Of a stretch of DNA of 44,199 nt, positions 29,234-39,991 are shown piece by piece. The stretch is from a virus (Duplodnaviria > Heunggongvirae > Uroviricota > Caudoviricetes). The notes below the pieces were generated by a model that was not told the DNA's origin, ran no database searches, and worked only from the letters and a program-made list of their open reading frames with translations. The stretch is taken from the IMG/VR virus record IMGVR_UViG_2734482531_000011; one strand, 5' to 3'. Made by a program: the position numbers and the translations under genes. Each line of letters starts with the position of its first letter. Within the stretch, counting starts at the first letter, position 1.

Positions 29234-29998
29234 ATGAAACTGAAAACGGTCGAGATTAACGGAAAACAATACGCAGAAATTGATACTGCTGGCCTGCCAG
29301 TTTATGTGCACGACGATGGTAAAGAAATTGGCTTCGATGCACCGCTGGCGACAAAAAAAATTACAGAGCTTAATGGCGAGGCAAAAAATCATCGCCTGGC
29401 TAAAGAAGCTGCAGAGGAAAAACTGGCTAAGTTTGCCGCTATCGAAGACCCGAAGAAGGCGATCGAGGCACTGGAAATGCTGTCAAAAATCGACCAGAAA
29501 AAGCTGCTCGATGCGGGACAGGTTGACCAGGTTAAGGCAGAAATTACGAAAAATTTTCAGCAGCAATTAGATGAAGAAAAGCAACGCTCTCAGATGCTGG
29601 AGAAGCAGCTTTACGATTCTATGATTGGCGGTAGTTTTGCGGGTTCAAAATATATTGCCGATAAAATTGCGATCCCGGCAGATTTATTACAAGCCCGCTT
29701 CGGGCAGGCATTCAAAGTGGAAGAAGGGAGGATCGTTGCTTATGACGCTTCCGGCAACAAAATTTATTCCCGCGCGAAGCCTGGCGAACTGGCGCAGTTT
29801 GATGAGGCGCTGGAGTTCCTTGTCGAAAATTACCCTCAGAAAGACTACATCCTGAAAGCCAGTGGCAACAATGGCGGCGGCTCCCGTCCGACACAGCATG
29901 ATATTGGTCAGAAAACGATGAAACGCTCTGCTTTTGATGCACTGGATGTTGCAGGTAAGCAAAACGCATTGAAAGACGGTATCACAATCGTTGATTAA
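29234..29998 (+). CDS. Putative scaffolding protein, about 254 aa; alternative starts at 29162 or 29189
   Basis: Charged coiled-coil-like sequence between head morphogenesis and major capsid genes. Confidence 0.55.
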   Translation: MKLKTVEINGKQYAEIDTAGLPVYVHDDGKEIGFDAPLATKKITELNGEAKNHRLAKEAAEEKLAKFAAIEDPKKAIEALEMLSKIDQKKLLDAGQVDQVKAEITKNFQQQLDEEKQRSQMLEKQLYDSMIGGSFAGSKYIADKIAIPADLLQARFGQAFKVEEGRIVAYDASGNKIYSRAKPGELAQFDEALEFLVENYPQKDYILKASGNNGGGSRPTQHDIGQKTMKRSAFDALDVAGKQNALKDGITIVD

Positions 29999-30096
29999 CA
30001 CATTTGTCAGCTTCCGGATGGGAGCTGGTGTCAGGGCTGGATAGCTCATTACTCCATCTATTCACAATTACGCAAATTTTTAAGGAATATTTAATT

Positions 30097-31236
30097 ATGG
30101 CTGGAAATACCCTGACCGGGTTGATCCCGACTATTTATACCGCCCTGGATGTTGTATCCCGTGAGCAGGTAGGTTTTATCCCTGCGGTAGCAAAAAACGC
30201 AAAAGCTGACGCCGCAGCAAAAGATCAGACGGTAACCGCGCCAGTTGCGCCTGAGGCGAAAACCGAAGATATCGTACCGGGGCCGTCAGCTCCGAATACC
30301 GGTGATCAAAATATTGGCACTGTTGATGTAAAAATTACTAAATCCAAAATGGCACCGGTTAAATGGAATGGTGAAGAACAACTGGCTCTTGGCCCTTCAG
30401 GGACTTACAACACCATTCTGGCTGATCAGTTCAAGCAGGCTTTTCGCGCCCTTGCAAACGAGGTTGAGGCTGATCTTGGTGCGTTGTATTTCGGTGCTTC
30501 CCGCGCCGTGGGAACCGCAGGGACAACGCCGTTTGGTGTTAAAGATGATCTTTCTGATGCTGCTCTGGCTCGTCAGGTTCTGGAGGATAACGGCGCACCG
30601 ACAACCGATCTGCAGATGGTGCTTGGCTCCACTGCCATTGCTAATTTGCGCGGAAAACAGTCTGTATTGTTTAAAGTGAATGAATCCGGCACTGAACAGC
30701 TACTGCGTGAGGGCGTGTTGGGGCGTCTGGAGGGATTCAATATTCACAGTTCGGCAGGTGTGAAACGAGCGCCAAAGGTTGCTGCAACTGGTTATCTCGT
30801 GAATGGAGAGAAAAAAGAAGGCGATGTTCTTATTTCCATTGATACTGGTTCGGGGAGTATTTCTGCAGGTCAGATTGTTACGTTCGCTGGTGATCCGAAT
30901 CAGTATGTTGTGGCAGCAGCGACCAGCAATCTGATTACTCTTGCAGCGCCCGGACTGCGTCAGGATCTGGCCGATGATACTGCCATCACAGTTGTTGGGG
31001 CCTTTACTGCAAATATGGCGTTTGATCGCAACGCGTTTCTGCTGGCATCCCGTACTCCGGCAATGCCGGAAGGTGGCGATAATGCTGATGATGTAATGAA
31101 TGTTACGGACCCGATTTCAGGGATTACGTTCCAGATTGCACTGTATCGTCAGTATCGCCAGGTGCGCTATGAAGTTGGACTGGCATGGGGTGTTTCATCA
31201 GTGAAGCCGGCACATGGTTGTCTGATTCTTGGTTAA
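30097..31236 (+). CDS. Major capsid protein, 379 aa
   Basis: ATG 30097 with AAGGAA RBS; position after scaffold; followed by a strong terminator. Confidence 0.8.
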   Translation: MAGNTLTGLIPTIYTALDVVSREQVGFIPAVAKNAKADAAAKDQTVTAPVAPEAKTEDIVPGPSAPNTGDQNIGTVDVKITKSKMAPVKWNGEEQLALGPSGTYNTILADQFKQAFRALANEVEADLGALYFGASRAVGTAGTTPFGVKDDLSDAALARQVLEDNGAPTTDLQMVLGSTAIANLRGKQSVLFKVNESGTEQLLREGVLGRLEGFNIHSSAGVKRAPKVAATGYLVNGEKKEGDVLISIDTGSGSISAGQIVTFAGDPNQYVVAAATSNLITLAAPGLRQDLADDTAITVVGAFTANMAFDRNAFLLASRTPAMPEGGDNADDVMNVTDPISGITFQIALYRQYRQVRYEVGLAWGVSSVKPAHGCLILG

Positions 31237-31246
31237 ACATTCAAAC

Positions 31247-31267
31247 GGGGCTTCGGCCCCATTTTTA
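31247..31267 (+). terminator. Rho-independent terminator immediately after the major capsid gene
   Basis: ggggcttcggccccattttta. Confidence 0.6.
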
Positions 31268-31278
31268 ATGGGGGGCAT

Positions 31279-31455
31279 ATGGCCGGATTAACTAAAGAGC
31301 AAAGAGCACAGCGTGAAGCCGCACAAAAAACGCAAATTGAGTTAGTGGTTATGGTGACCGATTATCAGATGTTTCCCGGCGCACCAACTATCGCTAATGT
31401 TCATCCTGATGAAGTTGACAACTGGAAGGCTATGGGCTGGAAAACTCAGGAGTAA
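31279..31455 (+). CDS. Candidate small protein, 58 aa
   Basis: Short ORF MAGLTKEQRAQREAAQKTQ... filling the gap between the capsid terminator and the next gene. Confidence 0.3.
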   Translation: MAGLTKEQRAQREAAQKTQIELVVMVTDYQMFPGAPTIANVHPDEVDNWKAMGWKTQE

Positions 31456-31458
31456 CAC

Positions 31459-31854
31459 ATGATCACTTACGTGACCTGTGATGACGTTGATAATGCGTTT
31501 GGGAACGCCTGGACGAGTGAGAACGCTAAAAATAAAGCTGTTTTAATGGCTAATGCCTGGCTTAATGGCTTCAACCTGAAAATTAACCCATCCCGTATTC
31601 CGGAAGAGGTAAAACTTGCGGGAGCATATGCAGCCAGAATTGCCTCATTCGGTAAGTTGTTTCAGCAGAAAAATGATTCTGGCGTTGTTATCAGTAAAGC
31701 CGTGTCGGCTGACGGGGTCAGTGTATCGAAATCATTTTCTGAGTTGCCAGCAAACAGCACTGCATTGCTTGAACCCGATTTACAGCTTGCGATAGCACTG
31801 CTGAAACCGTACGGACTTAGTCGCTCACAAGTCAGGGTTGTGAGGGGGGGATAA
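31459..31854 (+). CDS. Putative head-tail connector protein, 131 aa
   Basis: Position and size in the head-tail joining block. Confidence 0.5.
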   Translation: MITYVTCDDVDNAFGNAWTSENAKNKAVLMANAWLNGFNLKINPSRIPEEVKLAGAYAARIASFGKLFQQKNDSGVVISKAVSADGVSVSKSFSELPANSTALLEPDLQLAIALLKPYGLSRSQVRVVRGG

Positions 31855-32237
31855 TGGGGCTTCGTGAAGAGATTCAGTCAGAGGTTGCCGCTGCTTTTGA
31901 TGAGGATTTAGCGGACGCCGTGAGTGATTTTTCTGGTTCTTACGTTACGCACCGGCACTGGGATCCTGTGACGGAAACTGGCGGCGAATCCACCGCAATC
32001 TATACCGGGCGAGGCGTGTTGACACGTTATAAGCTGGGCAGAATTGATGGGATTAATATTTTGCATGGTGACCTTAAATTAACCGCTCTGGTATGCGAGG
32101 TTACGGATAAACCAGCTGTCGACCATATTATTGAGATTTATGATCCTGTATCAAGGCAGTTACAACGATACGAGGTAATTACAGCAAGTGTAGATCCTTC
32201 CGCATCAGTTTACTCTATCCAGTTAAGGAGAGCGTAA
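31854..32237 (+). CDS. Putative head closure / head-tail adaptor protein, 127 aa
   Basis: Position; start overlaps upstream stop (TAATG). Confidence 0.5.
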   Translation: MGLREEIQSEVAAAFDEDLADAVSDFSGSYVTHRHWDPVTETGGESTAIYTGRGVLTRYKLGRIDGINILHGDLKLTALVCEVTDKPAVDHIIEIYDPVSRQLQRYEVITASVDPSASVYSIQLRRA

Positions 32238-32618
32238 ATGGCAAAGGCATGGGATATAGAACCGTCAATATTTGCCGGGATGATTGAGGAAGATGTAGGG
32301 CTGAAGATTCGCTACATCGCTATGCAGATTCTTACTGCTATTGATATTGCTGCTCCGGTTGATACCGGACGTTTCAGAAATAACAACCTGGTGTCGTTAC
32401 AGCATCCCGATTTTGGTATATCTGATAACGTGGATCCGAACGGTACGATTGCTGTTCAGCGTGGGATCGGGGTTATTTCGAAAGCTGCAAATTACGGGGT
32501 TATTTATATCCAGAATAACCTTCCTTATGCAGAGGCTCTTGAAAACGGTCATTCACAACAAGCGCCAACTGGCGTGTATGCCAACGCTTTTCATGGTGTT
32601 TTACAGGCTTACAAATGA
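32238..32618 (+). CDS. Putative HK97 gp10-like head-tail joining protein, 126 aa
   Basis: Position and size. Confidence 0.5.
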   Translation: MAKAWDIEPSIFAGMIEEDVGLKIRYIAMQILTAIDIAAPVDTGRFRNNNLVSLQHPDFGISDNVDPNGTIAVQRGIGVISKAANYGVIYIQNNLPYAEALENGHSQQAPTGVYANAFHGVLQAYK

Positions 32619-33007
32619 AGTTTACTGAAATCAGAAATACGGTTATTTCCAGAATGACGGCACAGACGATTATTGATGGAAAAGACGTATTGTATCCGAA
32701 CGGGCCAACGTTCGATCCTTCCGGTAAGTTAATCTGGGCGCGGTTAAGTAATATTCCCGGGCAGGCTGGAGTTAATGAAATTGGCGCGGGGCCGGTTGTT
32801 TATCGCACGGGGATAATCATTATTCAGTTATTTGTCCCCGCAGGTTCTGGTTCAAAACTCATTACTGAGACAGCCGATAAATTGCGGGAACTGTTTGAGT
32901 TTCAGGATGACGATCGTCTCAGTTACCAGGCTGTTTCCTCAATAGCCGTTGGCGAAAAGAATGGCTGGTTCCAGCTTAATCTTCAAATTCCATATCGCGC
33001 GCTCTAG
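32615..33007 (+). CDS. Putative tail completion / tail terminator protein, 130 aa
   Basis: Position before the major tail gene; overlapping start (ATGA). Confidence 0.5.
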   Translation: MKFTEIRNTVISRMTAQTIIDGKDVLYPNGPTFDPSGKLIWARLSNIPGQAGVNEIGAGPVVYRTGIIIIQLFVPAGSGSKLITETADKLRELFEFQDDDRLSYQAVSSIAVGEKNGWFQLNLQIPYRAL

Positions 33008-33033
33008 CGCAATTAATGACATAGGAGGCTCCT

Positions 33034-33996
33034 GTGAGTTCAGGTGCAAAGGTTATCTCGGCATTTATCCGGGAGACGGTTGCAGGCACTACGCCAGCAA
33101 GTGGTGACTGGAGTTTATTAAAACGCACAAGCTGGGGAGTAAAACCCACCCAGAATAAAGGCGAAAATAATGAGATTGGTGGCTCCCGGATGGCTCAGGG
33201 GGCGACGCCTGGCACTGTGGATGTCGGCGGTGATGTTGGTACCAAATTTCGCTGGGGTCAACATGATGATTTTCTTGCATCCTGTTTCGGCGCGGAATGG
33301 TCAGGCGATTCTCTGACAATGGGGAATGAGCGAATAACATTTTCTCTGGCGACCTATGCGTCCGATGTCGGAATTGCCTCTGTCGTCAGAGGAGCGCAGG
33401 TTGGCTCATGGAAAATGCAGATCCCTAACGACGGCGATATTACAGCGACCGTAACCTTTGCCGGACTGGACTGGGAATCAAAGGCCGATGATACGAATTT
33501 TATCAAAGGCGAACCTGTGGATAGTGCAGGAAAGCTACGTTATTCGTTTAAGGAGGTTTCAGCAGTAAGCCTGAATGGTGTTGCCGGAGGTAACGGTTTT
33601 TGTATCGACAGTTTTGATATTCAGTTCGATAACAAACTCCAGACACAGCGTTGTATCGGGACTGGCTCGCCTTATGCAGGAGCAAATATTCCGACTACTT
33701 TTACACCGTCCGGTACGGTGACGCTTTCATGGTCTAAAGCCGCGTGGGAAATCTGGAGTAAAACACTGACTGGAGAAACAGTTCCGTTCAGCTTCACGCT
33801 TTCGAATGGAGAGGGGGCATACACTTTCAGTTTCCCGAAGGTTCAGGTGTCAGGTGAATGGCCTGATGGGGGTAATAGCGACATTATCCAGGTTCAATTG
33901 AGCATTACCGCAGCAGATGAAGCACCTACGATAACCAGAAAAAAAAATTCCCCGGCTGCCGTGATCGCAAAAGCCAGTGCTGAGGCGATTAGTTGA
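33034..33996 (+). CDS. Major tail protein, 320 aa
   Basis: Position immediately upstream of the G/G-T chaperone pair. Confidence 0.65.
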   Translation: MSSGAKVISAFIRETVAGTTPASGDWSLLKRTSWGVKPTQNKGENNEIGGSRMAQGATPGTVDVGGDVGTKFRWGQHDDFLASCFGAEWSGDSLTMGNERITFSLATYASDVGIASVVRGAQVGSWKMQIPNDGDITATVTFAGLDWESKADDTNFIKGEPVDSAGKLRYSFKEVSAVSLNGVAGGNGFCIDSFDIQFDNKLQTQRCIGTGSPYAGANIPTTFTPSGTVTLSWSKAAWEIWSKTLTGETVPFSFTLSNGEGAYTFSFPKVQVSGEWPDGGNSDIIQVQLSITAADEAPTITRKKNSPAAVIAKASAEAIS

Positions 33997-34044
33997 TTTT
34001 CCGTTATTCCTCCTGTGGTACTGCCCTACAGGGGGACGCATTGA

Positions 34045-34506
34045 ATGAGGTTATGGATGTTTATTCTTAATCAGAAAATTATCATTGGTGGAGAACGCTG
34101 GTTTACGCCAATGAAGGACTTAAAACCTGTAGACGGGTTAAAACTGTTGGTGGCAAGCAGCGATAACGATCAGTATCGCTCCCGTAATGCATTAATCCGT
34201 CGCCACATTGAGAAAATGGATGCCAGTTTGCACGTCGGAACGAAGGAGTTTGATATTTCAAAGGTTTCCGAGGTGGATTCTGTTGATGATTTACTCATTG
34301 ATAATGCCGCTCGTTATCTGCTGAAAGACTGGAAAGGGGTTGGTGAACTGGTTAATGGTGTTGAGGTTGCACTGGAATATACGGCAGAACGAGGGATCGC
34401 GCTGCTTAAGCAGAATCCAGAGTTGTACTGGCAGATCCTTGCAGAAGCAGCCAGCATCGCCCAGGGTAAAGAGCAGCAGAAGCAGGATACGATAAAAAAG
34501 CCATAG
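34045..34506 (+). CDS. Tail assembly chaperone (lambda G analogue), 153 aa
   Basis: Position directly before tape measure; ends just after an A_AAA_AAG slippery site. Confidence 0.7.
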   Translation: MRLWMFILNQKIIIGGERWFTPMKDLKPVDGLKLLVASSDNDQYRSRNALIRRHIEKMDASLHVGTKEFDISKVSEVDSVDDLLIDNAARYLLKDWKGVGELVNGVEVALEYTAERGIALLKQNPELYWQILAEAASIAQGKEQQKQDTIKKP

Positions 34507-34814
34507 CTGCCCAGCGGTGGTTATCGGAGTTCGGGGGAGAAAGGGGGGAAAAGGCAAGATGGAAGCGAGAAAAACTCAGGTTGCCACCGATACCGGAACC
34601 AGAAATAGACCCGGTGCTTAAGGAGTTGTTGTACGCCTATTCGGTAATATCCCGTGCCCGACGTTATGCTGGAATGGCTGGGGTGCCTTTGCCTTTATCT
34701 CTGACAGAGATAAATGAATATTTAGCCACTCATCCGGTATTGATTGAGCGCGATGAATTTGAAGCAGTGATCTTTGCACTGGATGACCAGTATTTTCAGG
34801 AGCAGTGTGTGTAG
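34045..34814 (+). CDS. G-T fusion tail assembly chaperone produced by -1 frameshift at 34494-34500 (lambda GT analogue)
   Basis: -1 frame continues ...IKK/AIAAQRWLSEFGGERGEKARWKREKLRLPPIPEPE... to stop at 34814. Confidence 0.6.
34494..34500 (+). promoter_or_regulatory. Programmed -1 ribosomal frameshift slippery heptamer A_AAA_AAG
   Basis: aaaaaag at 34494-34500, 4 nt before the G stop; the -1 frame is open from 34470 to 34814. Confidence 0.65.
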
Positions 34815-34935
34815 TTGTTAATTACGTACACTCTGTTACAGAGATGTGATGGTGTCTTTAATTAAATCGATGATGCTCCTGGAGAAAAGCATTGCGTGGC
34901 CTCGTAATCGCTATATCTACTATTATGTCGCCTGA

Positions 34936-34960
34936 AACCCACTTCGCGGTGGGTTTTTTG
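34936..34960 (+). terminator. Terminator-like hairpin with U-run immediately upstream of the tape measure RBS
   Basis: aacccacttcgcggtgggtttttt. Confidence 0.4.
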
Positions 34961-34979
34961 TTGTCAGGAGTTTTAATAA

Positions 34980-37900
34980 ATGGCAGAGCAAACCTCGCGT
35001 CTCGCAATAATTATTGATAGCACTGGAGCGAAAAATAATGCTGACAATCTGACCTCCTCATTAGTCAAAATGACGCAGGCTGGGGAAACTGCTGCAAATA
35101 GCGCAGGGAAAGTGACTAAGGCAACAGAAGATGAGAAGAACGCGCTCGCAAAATTAAAAGCAGCTATTGATCCAGTTGGTGCCGCAATTGATACTGTCGG
35201 TCGACGCTATTCTGAATTAAAGAAATTTTTCGATAAAGGGCTTATTGATAAAGAAGAATATGAATTTCTTGTCCGTAAACTTAATGAAACCACAGAGGAA
35301 TTGAGCGGGGTTGCGCAAGCGCAGAGAGAAGCCGAGAAGGCCGGAAAACTTGCTGCCGCCCAGCAGGAAGCGCAGGCTCAGGCCTTTCAAAGAATGCTGG
35401 ACAAGATCGACCCTCTGGCTGCGGCGCTAAGAAATCTTGAACAACAGCATGATGAACTTAATGCTGCGTTTGCATCCGGGAAAATAAATGGTTCTCAGTT
35501 TGAGAATTATAGCCGAAAAATACAGGAAACACGGCGAGAGCTTACCGGAGAGGCTCAGGCAGAGCGAGAAGCAGCAAAAGCGCATGATGAACAGGTTGTT
35601 GCTTTGCAACGTCTGATTGCTCAACTTGATCCTGTCGGAACTGCTTTTAATCGTCTGGTAGAACAACAGAAACAGCTCAATGAAGCAAAAGCTAAGGGGA
35701 TGCTTTCTCCTGAAATGTATGAGGAGCTTTCTGGAAAACTTCGTGCTATGCGGAGTGAGCTTGAGGTTACTCAATCACAATTAAGCAAAACCGGAATGTC
35801 GGCAAAACAAACGGCTTTTGCTATGCGCATGTTGCCTGTACAAATGACGGATATTGTTGTTGGGTTGTCCACTGGTCAGTCGCCATTTATGGTGTTAATG
35901 CAGCAGGGCGGCCAGCTAAAAGATATGTTCGGTGGGATTGGCCCGGCGATCAAAGGTGTAGGTTCTTATGTGCTGGGATTAATTAATCCTTTTACCCTGG
36001 CCGCAGCAGCCGTTGGGGTCTTAGGACTGGCTTACTATAAAGGCTCTCAGGAGCAGGACGAATTTAATAAATCTCTTATTCTTACCGGAAATCAGTTGGG
36101 GACAACCAGCGGGCAATTGGGCGATATAGCTCAACGTGCCGGGAATGCGGCTGATTCGACAACTGGTGCTGCGGCGGCAGTATTAAATCAGCTTGTGCGT
36201 TCGGGAAAGGTAGCGAGCAGTTCGCTGGAGCAAGTGACGACAGCGATAGTAAAAACGAGCGAAGTAACAGGAATATCAACCGAACAACTGGTTAATGACT
36301 TCAATGAAATTGCAAAGGATCCTGTCAGTGCCATATCAAAACTTAATGATCAGTACCATTTTCTGACACTTGCGACTTATAACCAGATTAAGGCGCTACA
36401 GGATGAAGGGAACCAGCAGGAGGCCGCCCGCATTGCGACAGAAGAATACTCATCCTCAATGATCCAGCGCACCAACCAGATTAAAGAAAATCTTGGTTAT
36501 CTTGAGACTGCATGGAAAGCTGTCGCAGACTCCGCAAAATGGGCATGGGATTCCATGCTGGATATTGGCCGTGAGGCCTCCCTTGATCAAAAAATCTCAG
36601 ATGTTCTCCGTCAAATTGATGAAATAGAAAAAAATACCCGACCCGGAGTTTTCGGGTTAGGTGGCATTGGAGATGGCGGAGCTCAAAATAAAAGGCTGGC
36701 ACGATTAAAGCAGCAATTGGGCGTACTTCAAGCAGAAAAAATTGCTCAGGACGTACTAAATTCATCAATAAACGATTACAACAAGCGACAACAGGAAGGA
36801 ATTGAACTCAGACAGAGAGCAGATGCCTTTTCAAAACAATATCAGACCCGGGAGCAGCAGAGAGCTAGTGAACTTGCAAAACTGGAAAAGCTAAAGAATC
36901 AGTATTCAAAGGAAGAATATAATAATCTTATCGCTCAAATAAATGAGCGTTATAAAGATCCAAAGCAACCAAAGGCGAAAGGTTATTCTGATGATGCAGC
37001 CCAACGAATGATTGATCATCTGAATCAACAGAATGCGTTACTAAGTTCACAAGCTGAGTTGACCGTTAAATTAAGTTCCTCTGAACAGGAACTGGTTAAG
37101 TGGCGTCAGCGGATTGCCGACCTAGAGTCACGACCATCATCGAAATTAACCCAGGATCAGAAATCGCTTCTCTTACACCGGGAAGAAATAACCACGTTGA
37201 TGGAGAAAAATGTTGCGATTGAAAAAAATAACAGGCTAATCAAGGAATCCGCCGAAATAACAGCATGGCGTGATTCATTGCAGGCTTCGATTGATAATCG
37301 TCAGCAGGGGTATGATATTCAGATTGCTGGTTATGGGGTTGGCGATAAAAATCAGCAACGCCAGCAGGAATTACTGCGGATTGAACATGGATATAACAAT
37401 CAGCGTCTGCAACTTGAACGTGACTATGCAGATAAATCCCGTGGAATGTCAGATCATGTTTTTCAAGAGAAAATGCAGGCTCTGAATGATGCTCTGGAAC
37501 GGGAAAAAGAAATTGTCAGACAGAAAAACGAGCAGCTCGATATTCAGGCAGGAGACTGGGTTAGTGGTGCCTCCCAGGGATTCAATAACTGGCTGGATGA
37601 CACTAAGGATATCAGTGAGCAGATAAAATCAACCACGACTCAGATGTTTGATGGGATGACCGATGCGCTGGGTGATTTTGTCACGACAGGCAAGGCAAAT
37701 TTTCGTTCTTTCGCTACTTCCGTGATTTCGGATCTTAGTCGAATAGCATTAAAGGCTTCAATTACTGGGATTTTCGACAGCATTAGTAACAGTTCTTCTG
37801 GGGGGATTTTAGGAACTATCGGGAGTGCTATTAGTAAATTTATTCCGAATGCAAAGGGCGGTGTTTATGAGTCTCCGTCATTGAGCACGTATTCGAACGG

Positions 37901-38213
37901 TATTTATGATTCCCCGCAATTTTTTGCTTTTGCAAAAGGGGCTGGTGTTTTTGGTGAGGCTGGACCGGAAGCCATTATGCCATTAACACGAACTTCCGAT
38001 GGTTCTCTTGGTGTCAGAGCTATTAATAGTAAAAGTGGTAATGGAGGCGGAGATATTACCTATGCCCCTGTATACCAAATCACTATTCAAAATGACGGCC
38101 AGAATGGAGAGATTGGCCCTCAGGCAATAAAAGCACTTATGGGGATGGTTGATCAGCGGGTGCAGGGCAATCTGTTAAATATGCGACGTGATGGGGGAAT
38201 GTTAAGTGGCTAA
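34980..38213 (+). CDS. Tail tape measure protein, 1077 aa
   Basis: Very long coiled-coil-rich ORF; CAGGAG RBS; follows the G/G-T pair. Confidence 0.9.
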   Translation: MAEQTSRLAIIIDSTGAKNNADNLTSSLVKMTQAGETAANSAGKVTKATEDEKNALAKLKAAIDPVGAAIDTVGRRYSELKKFFDKGLIDKEEYEFLVRKLNETTEELSGVAQAQREAEKAGKLAAAQQEAQAQAFQRMLDKIDPLAAALRNLEQQHDELNAAFASGKINGSQFENYSRKIQETRRELTGEAQAEREAAKAHDEQVVALQRLIAQLDPVGTAFNRLVEQQKQLNEAKAKGMLSPEMYEELSGKLRAMRSELEVTQSQLSKTGMSAKQTAFAMRMLPVQMTDIVVGLSTGQSPFMVLMQQGGQLKDMFGGIGPAIKGVGSYVLGLINPFTLAAAAVGVLGLAYYKGSQEQDEFNKSLILTGNQLGTTSGQLGDIAQRAGNAADSTTGAAAAVLNQLVRSGKVASSSLEQVTTAIVKTSEVTGISTEQLVNDFNEIAKDPVSAISKLNDQYHFLTLATYNQIKALQDEGNQQEAARIATEEYSSSMIQRTNQIKENLGYLETAWKAVADSAKWAWDSMLDIGREASLDQKISDVLRQIDEIEKNTRPGVFGLGGIGDGGAQNKRLARLKQQLGVLQAEKIAQDVLNSSINDYNKRQQEGIELRQRADAFSKQYQTREQQRASELAKLEKLKNQYSKEEYNNLIAQINERYKDPKQPKAKGYSDDAAQRMIDHLNQQNALLSSQAELTVKLSSSEQELVKWRQRIADLESRPSSKLTQDQKSLLLHREEITTLMEKNVAIEKNNRLIKESAEITAWRDSLQASIDNRQQGYDIQIAGYGVGDKNQQRQQELLRIEHGYNNQRLQLERDYADKSRGMSDHVFQEKMQALNDALEREKEIVRQKNEQLDIQAGDWVSGASQGFNNWLDDTKDISEQIKSTTTQMFDGMTDALGDFVTTGKANFRSFATSVISDLSRIALKASITGIFDSISNSSSGGILGTIGSAISKFIPNAKGGVYESPSLSTYSNGIYDSPQFFAFAKGAGVFGEAGPEAIMPLTRTSDGSLGVRAINSKSGNGGGDITYAPVYQITIQNDGQNGEIGPQAIKALMGMVDQRVQGNLLNMRRDGGMLSG

Positions 38214-38544
38214 TACGGAAGAATTTCACTGGTTACCAGAGGATGGAATGAAAACAGAAAATAAACCATCGATAAAAACTGTAAGATTTGGTGATGGTTA
38301 TGAGCAACGAAGTCCAAATGGACTTAATCATTCTCTGCGCGTTTTCACCTGTGATTTCAAAGTTGAGGCGAATGAACGTGATTCATTTGAAAAATTTTTA
38401 GCCCGGCATGAAGGCTATAAATCTTTTTTTTGGCGCCCGCCGGGTATTAACAGAAAAATCAGAGTGGTGTGTCGAACGTGGTCAGCGACAGAACATATCA
38501 CCTATACCGATTTTTCGTGTCAGTTTGACGAAGTGGTGATCTGA
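38206..38544 (+). CDS. Minor tail protein M (lambda gpM-like), 112 aa
   Basis: Position and size; lambda tail gene order. Confidence 0.8.
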   Translation: MANTEEFHWLPEDGMKTENKPSIKTVRFGDGYEQRSPNGLNHSLRVFTCDFKVEANERDSFEKFLARHEGYKSFFWRPPGINRKIRVVCRTWSATEHITYTDFSCQFDEVVI

Positions 38545-39242
38545 TGCAGGACATACAACAGGAAACGCTGAATGAATGCATTCGTGCGGAGCAGTCGGCC
38601 AGCGTGGTGCTCTGGGAAATCGACCTGACCGAGGTAGGCGGGGATCGCTACTTTTTCTGCAATGAGCAGAACGAGAAAGGAGAGTCTGTCACCTGGCAGA
38701 GTCGGCAGTATCAGGCCTATCCCATTCAGGGGAGTGGATTTGAGATGAACGGCAAAGGTGCCAGTGCAAGGCCAACGCTGAAAGTCTCTAATCTGCACGG
38801 CATGGTCACCGGGATGGCGGAAGACCTGCAGAGTCTGGTCGGCGGAACGGTGGTCAGGCGTAAGGTTTACGCCCGTTTTCTGGATGCGGTGAACTTCGTC
38901 AACGGAAACAGTGACGCCGATCCGGAGCAGGAGGTGATCAGCCGCTGGCGTATTGAGCAGTGCAGCGAACTGAGCGCGGTCAGTGCCTCCTTTGTACTGT
39001 CCACGCCGACGGAAACGGACGGCGCTGTTTTTCCGGGGCGCATCATGCTTGCTAATACCTGCACCTGGACCTATCGCGGTGATGAGTGCGGTTATCACGG
39101 TCCGGCTGTCGCGGATGAATATGACCAGCCAACGTCCGATATCACGAAGGATAAATGCAGCAAATGCCTGAGCGGTTGTAAGTTCCGCAATAACGTCGGC
39201 AACTTTGGCGGCTTCCTTTCCATTAACAAACTTTCGCAGTAA
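38544..39242 (+). CDS. Minor tail protein L (lambda gpL-like), 232 aa
   Basis: C-terminal Cys cluster CTWTYRGDECGY...CSKCLSGCKF typical of gpL. Confidence 0.85.
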   Translation: MQDIQQETLNECIRAEQSASVVLWEIDLTEVGGDRYFFCNEQNEKGESVTWQSRQYQAYPIQGSGFEMNGKGASARPTLKVSNLHGMVTGMAEDLQSLVGGTVVRRKVYARFLDAVNFVNGNSDADPEQEVISRWRIEQCSELSAVSASFVLSTPTETDGAVFPGRIMLANTCTWTYRGDECGYHGPAVADEYDQPTSDITKDKCSKCLSGCKFRNNVGNFGGFLSINKLSQ

Positions 39243-39247
39243 ATCCC

Positions 39248-39991
39248 ATGACACAGACAGAATCAGCGATTCTGGCGCACGCCCGGCGATGTGCGCCAGC
39301 GGAGTCGTGCGGCTTCGTGGTGAGAACACCGGAGGGGGAAAGATATTTTCCCTGCGTGAATATTTCCGGTGAGCCGGAGGAGTATTTCCGGATGGCTCCG
39401 GAGGACTGGCTGCAGGCAGAGATGCAGGGTGAGATTGTGGCGCTGGTCCACAGCCACCCCGGTGGTCTGCCCTGGCTGAGTGAGGCCGACCGGCGGCTGC
39501 AGGTGCAGAGTGATTTGTCGTGGTGGCTGGTCTGCCGCGGGGCGATTCACAAGTTCCGCTGTGTGCCGCATCTCACCGGGCGGCGCTTTGAGCACGGGGT
39601 GACGGACTGTTACACGCTGTTCCGGGACGCTTACCATCTGGCGGGAATTGAGATGCCAGATTTTCATCGTGAGGACGACTGGTGGCGTAATGGTCAGAAT
39701 CTCTATCTGGATAATCTGGAGGCTACAGGGCTGTATCAGGTGCCGTTGTCAACGGCGCAGCCGGGCGATGTGCTGCTGTGCTGTTTTGGTTCATCGGTGC
39801 CGAATCATGCCGCCATTTACTGTGGTGACGGCGAGCTGCTGCACCATATTCCTGAACAACTGAGCAAACGAGAGAGGTATACCGACAAATGGCAGCGACG
39901 CACACACTCCCTCTGGCGTCACCGGGCATGGCACGCATCTGCCTTTACGGGGATTTGCAGCGATTTGGCCGCCGCATCGACCTTCGTGTGA
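39248..39991 (+). CDS. Tail assembly protein K (JAB/MPN + NlpC/P60), 247 aa
   Basis: JAMM-like VHSHPGG motif; lambda gpK-like order. Confidence 0.85.
   Translation: MTQTESAILAHARRCAPAESCGFVVRTPEGERYFPCVNISGEPEEYFRMAPEDWLQAEMQGEIVALVHSHPGGLPWLSEADRRLQVQSDLSWWLVCRGAIHKFRCVPHLTGRRFEHGVTDCYTLFRDAYHLAGIEMPDFHREDDWWRNGQNLYLDNLEATGLYQVPLSTAQPGDVLLCCFGSSVPNHAAIYCGDGELLHHIPEQLSKRERYTDKWQRRTHSLWRHRAWHASAFTGICSDLAAASTFV

Noticed and set aside
34815-34935. 29-codon ORF (MVSLIKSMMLLEK...) between the G-T end and the tape measure gene
   Set aside because: Short, no RBS, and lies in a region better explained as an intergenic spacer carrying the hairpin.
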